Below the pieces are notes generated by a model. The model made no database searches, was not told the DNA's origin, and saw only the letters and a list, made by a program, of their open reading frames with translations. A DNA stretch of 61,968 bases, counting the filler, from Alphaproteobacteria bacterium (GTDB lineage Bacteria > Pseudomonadota > Alphaproteobacteria > Caedimonadales > UBA9215): the NCBI GenBank assembly GCA_024280495.1. It is 5 parts of 5 records of this genome, joined end to end, with 100 filler letters (N's around TTAATTAATTAA, not from the genome) between each part and the next. Parts side by side here need not be neighbours in the genome. Positions count along the whole stretch, not along the records: positions 37,934 to 54,903 come from JAJRPZ010000019.1; 4 more parts are not named here. One strand, written 5' to 3'. The stretch's first letter is position 1; each line of letters opens with the position of its first letter. Of this stretch, positions 39,725 through 50,094 are shown piece after piece. A program made the position numbers and the translations under genes.

Positions 39725-40993
39725 ATGGCTTTTAAGCTCATGCGGAATCATTTTTCAAAATCTAATGAAACACTTGTTGCGGGGTTGGACATCGGAACCA
39801 GTAAAGTTTGTTGTGCCGTTGGGCGTATTGAATCATCTGGTGACTTAACGGTGCTAGGATATGGTTTTTACGCATCAAGGGGCCTTAAGGGAGGTACCAT
39901 CGTTGATATGGAAGCTCTTCAAGATGCCGTCGCCCATGCTGTTCATGGGGCTGAAAATATGGCAGATGAAGTCATTGAAGAAGTTTTTGTTTCTATTTCT
40001 CCAGCGTTATGTCAATCAAAGACAGTGCAGGTTGGATTGCCCATCTCTTCCCACCCAGTTGATGATGACGATATTAAAAAAATTATTCAACAAGCCGTTG
40101 GTTCAGTACAAAAAGAACAAGCTGTTGTTATTCATAACATTCCAATGAATTATGATATTGATGGCGTTTCTGGTATTCGTGACCCCCGTGGTATGTTTGG
40201 GGATATGCTGCGCGCAAAAATTCACCTCATGCAATGTTCCAAGGCTCCCTTGCGAAATTTGACGGCTTGTGTGGAACGTTCGCACCTGGATGTTGCAGGA
40301 TTTGTTTCCTCTGTTTATGCTTCAGGTTTATCGACCCTTGTTGAAGATGAACTTGATCTTGGGGTGACATTGGTTGATATGGGGGCTGGCTCCACAACAA
40401 TAGGTTTATTTTACAATGGCAAACTTGCCCATGTGGATGTGGTTTCCATGGGGGGGGCTCATGTTACTTCAGACATTGCACGTGCTTTCTCAACGCCTTT
40501 AATTCAGGCAGAGCGTCTTAAAACTTTGCATGGCACGGCTTTGATTGCTCCCGCCGATGCAAGGGAAAGCGTTTTGGTGCCGCAAATTGGTGATGAAGAC
40601 TCTTCAAAAGGTCATCAAATCACAAAAGCAGAACTGACAGAGGTTATTCGCCCAAGGGTTGAAGAGGTTTTTGAAAAAGTGAAAGCTAAAATCGAAGTCT
40701 CTCCTTTTCATAAATATGTTGGTCGTCGCCTTGTTTTAACGGGAGGGGCCAGTCTATTGAGCGGCGTTCCTGAATTGGCAGCTCTTATTTTGGATAAACA
40801 AATGCGTCTTGCAAAGCCTCTTCACCTATCGGGGTTGAGTCAGGTTGCCCGTGTACCAAGTTTTTCTGCCTGTGCAGGTTTAATGATTTACGGCCAAAAA
40901 CAAAAGGGCCCCTATGCTATGCTCGCTTCCAAAAGGGGAGCGTCTAACTCTCCCTTTGGAAGAATTGGAGGTTGGTTGCGTGAAAATATCTAA
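39725..40993 (+). CDS. ftsA: Cell division protein FtsA
   Basis: GLDIGTSKVCC, DPRGMFG, VDMGAGST, GGAHVTSDIA, AERLK, VLTGGAS. Confidence 0.97.
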   Translation: MAFKLMRNHFSKSNETLVAGLDIGTSKVCCAVGRIESSGDLTVLGYGFYASRGLKGGTIVDMEALQDAVAHAVHGAENMADEVIEEVFVSISPALCQSKTVQVGLPISSHPVDDDDIKKIIQQAVGSVQKEQAVVIHNIPMNYDIDGVSGIRDPRGMFGDMLRAKIHLMQCSKAPLRNLTACVERSHLDVAGFVSSVYASGLSTLVEDELDLGVTLVDMGAGSTTIGLFYNGKLAHVDVVSMGGAHVTSDIARAFSTPLIQAERLKTLHGTALIAPADARESVLVPQIGDEDSSKGHQITKAELTEVIRPRVEEVFEKVKAKIEVSPFHKYVGRRLVLTGGASLLSGVPELAALILDKQMRLAKPLHLSGLSQVARVPSFSACAGLMIYGQKQKGPYAMLASKRGASNSPFGRIGGWLRENI

Positions 40994-41176
40994 CAAAAAA
41001 ACAAGTTATTGAATTAGTTAGATAATTTATCTGTTTTTGAAAAAACTTAGATAAATTATTTTAAAATTTTAAATTATAATGATACTATATTGGCAAGAAT
41101 GGTTTTCGATAAGTTCGTTCCATGAGTGCCTTGGAATAAACATACTGAAACATCATCAAAACCCTGGAGAACCGAT

Positions 41177-42664
41177 ATGACCCTGAATCCCATCGATACA
41201 ATTAATGGAAAACAACTAGGCCCTAAAATTACCGTTGTGGGAGTTGGAGGTGCTGGAAATAATGCCGTGAATAACATGATTCGTTATAAACTTCAGGGGG
41301 TTGAATATTTGGCTTGTAATACGGATGCACAGCATCTTGACCAATCTTTGGTACCAGAAGACCGTCGAGTTCAACTGGGAACCGATGTTACACAAGGATT
41401 GGGTGCTGGGTCTCATCCTCAGGTCGGTCGTGCTTCTGCCGAGGAGAGCTTGGATGATGTTGTGCGTCACCTCAAGGGAAGTAATATGGTTTTTATCACG
41501 GCAGGTATGGGCGGTGGTACGGGAACAGGTGCGGCGCCAGTGATCGCACAAGCAGCCCGTGAAATGGGCATTTTGACCGTTGGCGTTGTGACACGCCCTT
41601 TTAATTTCGAAGGCCCTCATCGCACGCGCATTGCAGAAGGTGGTATTTCTGAAATGGAACAATACGTTGATACGCTTATTGTCATCCCAAACCAAAATTT
41701 ATTTCGTATAGCAACGGACAAAACGACTTTTGCCGATGCTTTTAAAATGGCAGATGATGTGTTGTATTCTGGTGTCCGTGGCGTGACTGATCTCATGATT
41801 ATGCCTGGATTAGTGAACCTTGACTTTGCGGATATTCGTTCCGTGATGACTGAAATGGGCAAAGCCATGATGGGAACAGGAGAATCTTCTGGTGAGGATC
41901 GTGCTATTACGGCGGCTGAATCAGCTATTTCTAACCCATTATTGGATGATGTCTCTATGCGTGGCGCCAAAGGGGTGCTGATTAATATTACTGGTGGCAT
42001 GGATATGACTTTGTTCGAAGTTGATGCAGCAGCAAATCGTATTCGTGAAGAAATTGATGCGGATATTACCATTGATACGAATATCATTTTTGGGTCAACA
42101 TTTGATGAAACTTTGGATGGTAAAATGCGTGTTTCCGTTGTGGCGACAGGTATTGATTCCGAAGAAATTTCTCGTCGTTTAGAAGAATTGACAGAACAGA
42201 AAAAAGTTGAAAAAGATTCTCAGTTGCTATCTGAAACTCAGTTGAGCATGGATAATGAATTGTCTATTTCCGGACATTCTACACCTGATGCTTATACGGA
42301 TCCTTCTGATTTTTCTGGGCAAGTATCAGAAAAAGTGTCAGGGGACGTACTTAGTGATTATTCAGTATCTGCAGAAGATCATAATCAATATAATGGCGAC
42401 CCCAAAGCAGCAGCCAACGATGAATATCAGGAAAAACTTGTTCCTAAAAAGAAAAAAGGATTTTTTGGTCGTTTTCTCTCAACCCTAAGCGGTAAAGAAG
42501 AAAATTCAGATGAACACCAAAACCGTGAATACTCAGCTTCTGTTTTTCCTGATGAAGGTGGATCAAAGGATTCTAAGGGAATAATGCCAGTGGATAATGC
42601 CCTCGAGTATGATCAAAGCGATGCCCAAGATATTCCTGCATATCTTCGTCGGAAATCAAAATAA
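41177..42664 (+). CDS. ftsZ: Cell division protein FtsZ
   Basis: [26 protein letters not shown]-terminal [11 protein letters not shown] 41177 with GGAGA RBS. Confidence 0.98.
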   Translation: MTLNPIDTINGKQLGPKITVVGVGGAGNNAVNNMIRYKLQGVEYLACNTDAQHLDQSLVPEDRRVQLGTDVTQGLGAGSHPQVGRASAEESLDDVVRHLKGSNMVFITAGMGGGTGTGAAPVIAQAAREMGILTVGVVTRPFNFEGPHRTRIAEGGISEMEQYVDTLIVIPNQNLFRIATDKTTFADAFKMADDVLYSGVRGVTDLMIMPGLVNLDFADIRSVMTEMGKAMMGTGESSGEDRAITAAESAISNPLLDDVSMRGAKGVLINITGGMDMTLFEVDAAANRIREEIDADITIDTNIIFGSTFDETLDGKMRVSVVATGIDSEEISRRLEELTEQKKVEKDSQLLSETQLSMDNELSISGHSTPDAYTDPSDFSGQVSEKVSGDVLSDYSVSAEDHNQYNGDPKAAANDEYQEKLVPKKKKGFFGRFLSTLSGKEENSDEHQNREYSASVFPDEGGSKDSKGIMPVDNALEYDQSDAQDIPAYLRRKSK

Positions 42665-42693
42665 AGTTGAGTTCAAGTTTTTTTATTCAACTC

Positions 42694-42727
42694 AAAAAAA
42701 AGAGAGACTTTGAAAGGTCTCTTTTTT
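42694..42727. terminator. Bidirectional terminator between ftsZ and the convergent peptidase gene
   Basis: A-tract, GAGAGACTT-TGAA-AGGTCTC, T-tract. Confidence 0.65.
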
Positions 42728-42736
42728 GAATGACTA

Positions 42737-43468
42737 TCAGTCATCGTAGATGTGTAATTCCCTTCCATGGGTCTTGAGCCAGGCTCTATGTTCTTTAAAA
42801 TCAGGATCAAAATGCTCAACCAAGGCCCAAAATTTTGTACTATGGTTCATTTCAAGTAAATGACAAACCTCGTGGATACATACATAACGGGCGACTTTTT
42901 CAGGTGCTAGAATTAACCGCCATGAAAGGGAAATAGATCCTCTGGATGAGCAGCTTCCCCATCTTGATTTCGTATCTTTAATACTGAAGCGCTGAAATAA
43001 AATTGGTTTTTTCAACACTGTTTTTGGAAGTTTATTTGCAAAGTTAATACAAGTGTCCTTAAAAACGGACCCAGATTTTTTTCTGAAAAAAGCCACAAGT
43101 TGTTGATGAAAAAAATGTTTGGGCCCAGAAACTTGAATTTCATCGCCAATATGCACCGTAGAACAAGGTCCAATTTGTTTAAGTTGCACCAGTTTTGTTT
43201 CTCTTCCTTGAAAGGGTATTTTTAGGTCAGGTTTTAAAACAATACATTGCCTTGCCGTTGAATTTTGTTTAGCCATCCAGGGTTGTGCATCGAGCAAAAA
43301 TCGATCAATATTTTTTTGAAAATCGCGCCTTTGAAATATCAGTTGAGGTACGTTTAATAGAAAACCACCTTCTTTTGAATCCACACGTAATCCAAGGCGC
43401 TTTGCACGGGATGAGATTTTAATGCGAACATGAAGGGGGGATTTTATTATTTTTTCTTTTGATTTCAT
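42737..43468 (-). CDS. YgjP/DUF45 (M48-like) zinc metalloprotein
   Basis: KDTKSRWGSCS, SWRLILAP, HEVCHLLEMNHS..FW. Confidence 0.92.
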   Translation of the reverse strand: MKSKEKIIKSPLHVRIKISSRAKRLGLRVDSKEGGFLLNVPQLIFQRRDFQKNIDRFLLDAQPWMAKQNSTARQCIVLKPDLKIPFQGRETKLVQLKQIGPCSTVHIGDEIQVSGPKHFFHQQLVAFFRKKSGSVFKDTCINFANKLPKTVLKKPILFQRFSIKDTKSRWGSCSSRGSISLSWRLILAPEKVARYVCIHEVCHLLEMNHSTKFWALVEHFDPDFKEHRAWLKTHGRELHIYDD

Positions 43469-43472
43469 CGGT

Positions 43473-44255
43473 TTAAATTGCAAATTGCTCATCAATTAAT
43501 CGATCGGCTAAAGTCTGATGAGAGTCATAAAGAAGGATTACGGATTTTGTTGTAGATTTCGAAATATCTACCATGCAAACATCTCGAGCCTCATGGTAAT
43601 CCGCAGACACACTCACAGGACGCTTTTCAGGTTCAAGAACTTGGATGCGAATTTCCACATCATCGGGCAATAAAGCTCCCCCCCATCGCCTTGGACGATA
43701 AGGGCTAATTGGTGTCATGGAGATAAGGTTTGAAGTGAGGGGTAAAATAGGACCGCCCGCTGAAAAGTTATAAGCTGTACTGCCCGCAGCGGTTGCCACG
43801 ATAATACCGTCACCAACAAGCTCTTTTAAGCGCGCTTGTCCATTAACAAAAACCTTTAGTTTAGATGTTTGATGCAATTGACGTAATAAGGAAACTTCAT
43901 TTAAAGCATAAAGAACTTCACCAAACCGCCCATTTTTAGCATTGCAATATTTGGCTTCCATGCGAAGGGGAGAAATAGTCACACTCTGCGCCTCTTGGAT
44001 ACGTTTTTTGAGGGCTGATCCATCAAACACATTCATCAAAAAACCAACACTACCGAAATTTAACCCAAATACAGGAATATTAAGGTCCATGGCCTGGTGC
44101 AAGGTGTGTAGCATAAAACCATCACCACCAAGGGCCACGATAACATCAGCCTTTTCAATATCGCACTGCTTGTAAGTATGCAACAATATATCCAGAACAT
44201 CGGTGGCTTTTTTATTTTTTGAATCAGCTATAAAATGAAAACTATTACGTGCCAT
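43473..44255 (-). CDS. nadK: NAD kinase
   Basis: LGGDGFML, GSVGFL, ALNEV, GDGIIVATAAGSTAYNFSAGGPI. Confidence 0.95.
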   Translation of the reverse strand: MARNSFHFIADSKNKKATDVLDILLHTYKQCDIEKADVIVALGGDGFMLHTLHQAMDLNIPVFGLNFGSVGFLMNVFDGSALKKRIQEAQSVTISPLRMEAKYCNAKNGRFGEVLYALNEVSLLRQLHQTSKLKVFVNGQARLKELVGDGIIVATAAGSTAYNFSAGGPILPLTSNLISMTPISPYRPRRWGGALLPDDVEIRIQVLEPEKRPVSVSADYHEARDVCMVDISKSTTKSVILLYDSHQTLADRLIDEQFAI

Positions 44256-44258
44256 GCA

Positions 44259-45323
44259 TTAGCCCTGTTTTTCTAAGAGGTTATGAGAGTGGGGAATTTC
44301 TGAATGGTGAGAGTGATTAAGTTCTTTTCTTTTTTTCTTTTTTAGAGGGGATATATTCCCCTTTTGACAATTCAACAATTTTTGTATCAAGGCGCGCATG
44401 GTAGCAAAATAATGATTCTCATCTCCTTTGATGTCAAGACCGAGGGGGTCGGTTTCCATCAGGATCATCTTGAAGTCATGAGCCAATTTTTTTTCAAGCT
44501 TTGAAAAATGTTGTGGATCAACGAGGATGCAGTTAACCTTGCGCTTTTGAATAATATCTTTTATTTTTGAAAAAGATTTTAACCCAGGTGCCTGTCCATT
44601 TGTCACGAGCTCTGCCGCACTGTTTTCCATCTTATAAGCATGCTCTAAATAACCATAGCCATCGTGAAAAGCAATGAAATTGAAATGAGAGAGTGGTAAT
44701 GCTTTTTCAGAGATTTCTGCTTCAAGAGCCGTTAATTTTTTTATAATTTTTTTGGCATTATCTTGAAATGTTTTGGCGTTCAAGAGGTCTTGGGCTGATA
44801 AATGGTAGGCTATTTCACGAACCATCAATTTCACATTTTTAATATCTAACCAAATATGGGGATCAAGGGCCGCTACATTCGCATCGAAAAGATCATTTAG
44901 CTTTAATAATTTGTCTTTTATTTTTGAGTCTTTTCCTTCTGTGTTCAATAGAGTGCATCCATGCCCTTTTGAAGAATCACGGTTCAAAAGGGTCAGTCCA
45001 TCCGTTGCAATTAATGTCAGAACATGTTTTTTTTGAGACAGTAAGGGCTTTACCATAAAGTGTTCAAGTGTTGGGCCGATCCAAATAACTATATCTGCCT
45101 CTTGGATTTTTCGAGCATGGGATGGCGCCATGCTAAAATGGTGAGGGTCGCTGGCACCTTCCATGAGTAATGTTGGTGTTCCTGCACCCTTCATAATGGC
45201 TTGAGTTAAATGAAAAATGGGTTTGATGGTCACGAGGATATTAGGAGATTTTGCCCAAAGGGGTTGGGCATTTATGCAAGCACTTGCACATATTAGAGTC
45301 ATGAATAATTTTAGAAAATACAT
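44259..45323 (-). CDS. znuA: Zinc ABC transporter substrate-binding protein
   Basis: TIKPI, ASDPHHF, DPHIWLD, FHDGYGY, DPLG. The start was moved downstream of the 6S RNA (ATG 45323 or 45344). Confidence 0.9.
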   Translation of the reverse strand: MYFLKLFMTLICASACINAQPLWAKSPNILVTIKPIFHLTQAIMKGAGTPTLLMEGASDPHHFSMAPSHARKIQEADIVIWIGPTLEHFMVKPLLSQKKHVLTLIATDGLTLLNRDSSKGHGCTLLNTEGKDSKIKDKLLKLNDLFDANVAALDPHIWLDIKNVKLMVREIAYHLSAQDLLNAKTFQDNAKKIIKKLTALEAEISEKALPLSHFNFIAFHDGYGYLEHAYKMENSAAELVTNGQAPGLKSFSKIKDIIQKRKVNCILVDPQHFSKLEKKLAHDFKMILMETDPLGLDIKGDENHYFATMRALIQKLLNCQKGNISPLKKKKRKELNHSHHSEIPHSHNLLEKQG

Positions 45324-45352
45324 TTTAATATTAAGTTTCCTCATAAAAAAAA

Positions 45353-45507
45353 GAGCCATCGCAACCGTGAATTTGTAAATTCCTCAGCGACCTGCAAGTG
45401 CAGGTGGGCACCGTATGAAAGGGTCCACGAACCCAATCAGGGACAGCTCCCTAGAGAAAATTATCGGCCCCGGGAAAGTATTACGCGTCCACGCGAGGCA
45501 ACAGCCC
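45353..45507 (-). ncRNA. ssrS: 6S RNA
   Basis: Minus strand has the closing stem GGGCTGTTGC...GCGATGGCTC and the alphaproteobacterial 6S cores TTCCCGGGGCC, GGGAGCTGTCCCT and GGTGCCCACCTGCACTTGCAGG, followed by a T-run. Confidence 0.85.
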
Positions 45508-45570
45508 TTATTTTTTTAAAATCTAAAGATCCTCTCATCATAAAGCATCTTTGTTATGAAGTTCAATGTT

Positions 45571-46392
45571 TTAATGGAATTTATTCATAATTTTTTTCAT
45601 AAAAGCCATTATACAAAAAACAAAAAATGCCGTTGTTACGATGGCAGGGCCCGTTGGGGCATCACTTAGATAAGAAAGCCAAAGTCCGCCACAAAAGCTG
45701 AAAAAGCAAAATAGACTGGCACCCTTCATCATGCCAAGGGGGGACGTTGAAAAAAATCTTGCTGTGGCTGCGGGAATAATAAGGAGGGCAGTCATCAAAA
45801 GGGCTCCTATGGTTTTGAGAAGCAAGCCAATGGTTAAACCAAGAATAAGAGCAAAACCAAATTTAATCCATTGAACGGGAATGTTATCACTGGTGGCAAG
45901 GTCTTCACTGATAAAGGTTAAAAGGGTTTGACGCCAAAATAAAGCAAGGGTCAAGATAACAACGGCGCTGCACCCCACAGTTATCAAGACATCATTTTTT
46001 GAGATGGATAAAATATCACCAAATAGAAAGCCATTCAAGAGAGAGATTGGTGCCTTTAAAAGAGAAAGGGCAACGAGCCCCAGGGCCAAACTCCCATGGG
46101 AAAAAATCGCCAAAAGGGTATCGCTTGATGTTTTGGTTCTAGAAAGGCCTGCCCTTGGGTTTCGCCCTGATATATACATGAGAATCACTGCAATCAGAAT
46201 GCAAAAACCTACCATAATAATAAAAGGATCTGCATGGAAGGCATAAGAAATGGCAAGGCCTAAAAGAGTGCCGTGGGCGATAGTATCGCCAAAAAATGAC
46301 AACCGCCGCCATATCATAATGGATCCTAAGGGCCCAGCAAGAAGAGAGAAAGCTCCTGCCATTAAAAGGGCTAGAATAAAAAAGGAATCCAT
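45571..46392 (-). CDS. znuB: Zinc ABC transporter permease
   Basis: GPLGSIMIWRRLSFFGDTIAHG, FLFGDIL, GALLMTALLIIPAATAR, PTGPAIV. ATG 46392 with GGAGG RBS. Confidence 0.95.
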   Translation of the reverse strand: MDSFFILALLMAGAFSLLAGPLGSIMIWRRLSFFGDTIAHGTLLGLAISYAFHADPFIIMVGFCILIAVILMYISGRNPRAGLSRTKTSSDTLLAIFSHGSLALGLVALSLLKAPISLLNGFLFGDILSISKNDVLITVGCSAVVILTLALFWRQTLLTFISEDLATSDNIPVQWIKFGFALILGLTIGLLLKTIGALLMTALLIIPAATARFFSTSPLGMMKGASLFCFFSFCGGLWLSYLSDAPTGPAIVTTAFFVFCIMAFMKKIMNKFH

Positions 46393-47170
46393 TATTTCCC
46401 TCCTTTGTCTTCTTGACATTGAGGTGGCAAGAGGTGGTCGTGAGCATGATCATGTTTATGAATATAAGGCACCACGTCTGGAAAAGTTGCTTCTTTTTTT
46501 TTTTTATTTGAGAGAAAATAGCTTTGTAAGCTTTTGTTTCTTTAATCTCGTCTGGTTTTCCCATACAGCAAATATGTTTGTTGAGGCATATGACTTTTTG
46601 ACTGGCTTTATGTACAAAATGCAAATCATGACTTACCATGAGAATAGCAATATTGTGATGTTTGTGAAGGTGACCCAACAGGGACGAAAATCTTTCTTCA
46701 CCATCGCTGTCTAGGCCTTGAGTGGGTTCATCTAATATAAGAAGTGTTGGGGTTTGTAAGAGTGCCCGAGCCAATAAAACACGTTGGACTTCTCCACCAG
46801 AAAGCGTATGCATGGATACATTTATCAAATTTTGAATGCCTGTTTCGACAATAATTTCCTTGAGGTTTTTTTTGTTTTTCGAAAGGGATAGAAATGTTTT
46901 AACAGTCAATGGCATCATATCATTTAGGGATAACTTCTGTGGCATATAGCCAACACGGCAAGCCTTAGTGCGGCTTATTTTACCAGACGTGGGTTTTAAA
47001 AGGCCAACGATTGTTTTTAAAATAGATGTTTTTCCAGCGCCATTGGGCCCAATTAAGGTTAAAAACTCCCCAGGATTAATGGAAAATGTGATGTTTTGAA
47101 AGAGAATCTGATCTTGAATTTTTAGATTCAGATCAGTTAAAGTCATGAGGGGGATAATAAAATTCGCCAT
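46392..47170 (-). CDS. znuC: Zinc ABC transporter ATPase with frameshift in an A12 tract near the 3' end
   Basis: GPNGAGKT, LSGGEVQR, LDEPTQG, CLNKHICCMG. The natural tail YIHKHDHAHDH...GGK* lies in another frame after the homopolymer at 46494-46505. Confidence 0.9.
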
Positions 47171-47285
47171 TTTATTTTTATAGCATGGGAGTGTTTTTAA
47201 ATCTACTCATATGATAAAAGGGATGGTTTAAGGGGGAGTAATTTAATGCTATGATGATGAAAAATAATATAATGAGCTCGGTTTT

Positions 47286-48533
47286 TTGTTTTCAAAATTT
47301 GAACGCTTGATTGCATTTAGATATTTGCGCCCTTCAAAAAAAGAAGGAGCGGTTTCCGCCATTGCCTTTCTTTCTTTCTTTGGAATTTTGCTTGGGGTAG
47401 CAGCGCTGATTATCGTCATGTCCGTTATGAACGGCTTTCGCGCAGAACTCATGAAAAGCATCCTTGGATTTAATGGTCATATTGGTATTTCCTCTAAAAA
47501 CGCCCGTGGTATTTCTGATTATGGCCCTTTGACAGACCGCATACGCACCGTTGGTGGTATCGTGTCCGCAACGCCCCTTATTCAACGTCAAGCCATGATT
47601 AGTGCTAATGGTGTAGCTGCTGGCGTTATCGTTCATGGTATTTCATATGCTGAATTGAAAGCCAAAAAAATTGTAGCGGACAAAATTCGCACAGGAAATA
47701 TAAAGGCTTTTACTGATGGTACCCCAACGGTTTTGATTGGAAAGCGTTTGGCAGAGCAATTTGGTCTTTATGTTGGGCAGCGTTTGACTTTGACGTCACC
47801 AGAAGGCAATAGCACGGCCTTTGGTTCTATTCCTCGCATGCGTACGTTTCGTGTGGTTGGTGTTTTCGAAGTCGGTATGAAGGACTATGATGGCGGTGTG
47901 GTTTTTATTCCCCTTGATCAGGCGCAGAGCTTTTTTAATTATCCAGATGCCATTAATGCTTTCGAAGTTTTTGTCTCAGATCCACGTCAGGTAAGAGACA
48001 CAACGCGCTTATTACAGCTTCATTATCCCAGCCTTCGGGTGTTAGATTGGCAGGAAGCCAATAACCAATTTGTGAACTCCCTTAAGGTGGAGCGCAATGT
48101 GATGTTCATTATTTTAACTCTGATTATTCTGGTGGCAGCTCTCAATATTATTTCCTCTCTTATTATGCTGGTGAAAGATAAAACACAAGATATTGCTATT
48201 TTACGCACCATGGGCGCAACCAGGCACTCCATTATGAAAATTTTCTTTCTAACAGGCTCTATGATTGGGGTGATGGGAACCATTGCTGGGGCCACGCTAG
48301 GCCTTTCTTTTGCCCTTAATATCGAAGTTATTCGTCAATGGATTGAATCTATGACAGGGGCGAATCTCTTTAATGCCGAAGTATATTTCCTTTCGCAATT
48401 GCCAGCAAAAGTTGATTCTTTTGAGGTTTTTCTTGTGATTGTCATTGCGTTGATTCTCGTTTTTTTATCTTCCATCGCGCCAGCGTGGCATGCGTCACGT
48501 TTGGATCCTGTGGAGTCTCTTCGAAATGAATAA
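47286..48533 (+). CDS. lolE: Lipoprotein-releasing ABC transporter permease LolC/E
   Basis: FERLIAFRYLR, LGVAALIIVMSVMNGF, ERNVMFIIL, IAILRTMGA, YFLSQLPA. Confidence 0.95.
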   Translation: MFSKFERLIAFRYLRPSKKEGAVSAIAFLSFFGILLGVAALIIVMSVMNGFRAELMKSILGFNGHIGISSKNARGISDYGPLTDRIRTVGGIVSATPLIQRQAMISANGVAAGVIVHGISYAELKAKKIVADKIRTGNIKAFTDGTPTVLIGKRLAEQFGLYVGQRLTLTSPEGNSTAFGSIPRMRTFRVVGVFEVGMKDYDGGVVFIPLDQAQSFFNYPDAINAFEVFVSDPRQVRDTTRLLQLHYPSLRVLDWQEANNQFVNSLKVERNVMFIILTLIILVAALNIISSLIMLVKDKTQDIAILRTMGATRHSIMKIFFLTGSMIGVMGTIAGATLGLSFALNIEVIRQWIESMTGANLFNAEVYFLSQLPAKVDSFEVFLVIVIALILVFLSSIAPAWHASRLDPVESLRNE

Positions 48534-48555
48534 AAATGAAATGAATAAGGAGCAT

Positions 48556-49236
48556 ATGAATACGTCCATTGCCCTTGATCTAAAAAACATCACCAAGACC
48601 TTTCAGCAAGGCGGAGAGACTCTTTCAGTTTTAAAGGGTATTAATCTTTCCATAAGGGCAGGGGAAAGCATTGCCCTCGTTGGGTCCTCAGGATCTGGTA
48701 AATCAACGTTGCTTCAAATTGCAGGGCTGCTTGATCGCCCGACTTCTGGTGACGTAATCTTGTCGGGCAATGTTATCACTGGTCTCAAGGAAAAGAAACA
48801 AGCTGTGATGCGTCGTGATCATATAGGATTTGTTTATCAATTCCATCACTTGTTACCAGAATTTACAGCCCTTGAAAATGTGATGATGCCTCTGATTATC
48901 CAGGGAATAAAAAGAGAAAAGGCAGAGGCAAAAGCACAAGGTCTTTTGACAAAAATGAACCTTGGTCATCGTTTAGAACATCGCCCCTCCAGGCTTTCAG
49001 GAGGGGAGCAGCAACGGGTTGCCATCTTAAGGGCCCTTGTCACTAATCCCCGTGTATTGTTGGCCGATGAACCCACAGGGAATTTGGATGTTGATACGTC
49101 AGCCCATGTGTTTTCAGAATTGATGAGTCTTATTAAAGAGCATCAAATGGGAGCACTTATCGCGACCCATGATCCAGCTCTTGCCAAAAAAATGGACCGC
49201 ATTGTTTATCTCGATCATGGTATCTTGCGTGAATGA
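48556..49236 (+). CDS. lolD: Lipoprotein-releasing ABC transporter ATPase
   Basis: GSSGSGKSTLL, GFVYQFHHLLPEFTALENV, LSGGEQQR. ATG 48556 with AAGGAG RBS. Confidence 0.95.
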   Translation: MNTSIALDLKNITKTFQQGGETLSVLKGINLSIRAGESIALVGSSGSGKSTLLQIAGLLDRPTSGDVILSGNVITGLKEKKQAVMRRDHIGFVYQFHHLLPEFTALENVMMPLIIQGIKREKAEAKAQGLLTKMNLGHRLEHRPSRLSGGEQQRVAILRALVTNPRVLLADEPTGNLDVDTSAHVFSELMSLIKEHQMGALIATHDPALAKKMDRIVYLDHGILRE

Positions 49237-49272
49237 CTTTATGTGAAGGGGCGACATTAAAAAGGTACGGAA

Positions 49273-50094
49273 ATGAAAAATTATATGAACTCAATTTTAT
49301 TTATCCTGATTTTCTTCATTTCAGGCTGCGCACATAATGAATTTCAAATCATTGAATCACATCGAGATATAAAATTAGATCTTATTTCAAAGGGGACCCT
49401 TGTTGTTTTTGATGTAGATGAAACATTAATACAGCCCATTGATTCTTATCTTGTTAATGAGCATTCTCCGAAAGGGAAAGCATTTCTCAGGGCTTTTGTA
49501 TCATCACATCCAAAATTTCCTAATTGGGATATTTTAACATCTGCTACCTTAAAACAAGCAAAACGTCCATTGATTGAAAAAGGCATCTCCAATATCTTTA
49601 AAAAAATGCGTATTAGTGGGGCTCAAGTCATAGTCTTAACGGCGATGAATACAGGGCCTTTGGGTGATATCGAATATCTCGAGAAATGGCGTTATAATCA
49701 TCTGAAAAGTCTTGGAGTTGAAGGGGATTTTAATAATCGGATCATTTCATTGAAAGGTTTTAAAGGTAATCCTGTTTTTTACAAGGGAATGGCTGCGGCA
49801 GATATTGAGGATAAAGGACTTGTTCTTGAAAATCTTTTAGAAAGGCTTGGTTATCAACCTAGGTCAATTGTCGCCATTGATGATGATGTTTTTGCTCTGA
49901 AATCTATTCAAAAAACATGCCGCGACCTGGGAATTCCATTTCAAGGTTATCAGTACATGGGGTATAAAACTGTTCCTTGGGATGGAAGGCTTATTTTTTT
50001 TCAAGCTGAGTATTTACTGAAAAATAAAAAATGGTTAAGAGATGCGGAAGCAAGATCGAAGATGTTAAAGAGAGATAATCTGAATAGTGGTTAA
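49273..50094 (+). CDS. DUF2608-like HAD-fold lipoprotein
   Basis: Lipobox ISGC, LVVFDVDETL (DxDxT), VLTA, DKG..L, IVAIDD. Confidence 0.78.
   Translation: MKNYMNSILFILIFFISGCAHNEFQIIESHRDIKLDLISKGTLVVFDVDETLIQPIDSYLVNEHSPKGKAFLRAFVSSHPKFPNWDILTSATLKQAKRPLIEKGISNIFKKMRISGAQVIVLTAMNTGPLGDIEYLEKWRYNHLKSLGVEGDFNNRIISLKGFKGNPVFYKGMAAADIEDKGLVLENLLERLGYQPRSIVAIDDDVFALKSIQKTCRDLGIPFQGYQYMGYKTVPWDGRLIFFQAEYLLKNKKWLRDAEARSKMLKRDNLNSG

Noticed and set aside
45541..45570. Zur box near the znu genes
   Set aside because: Only one TGTTAT half-site and no palindrome.
46139..46391. 343-aa ZnuC with a hydrophobic extension overlapping znuB
   Set aside because: Explained by the homopolymer frameshift; the true tail is in another frame.
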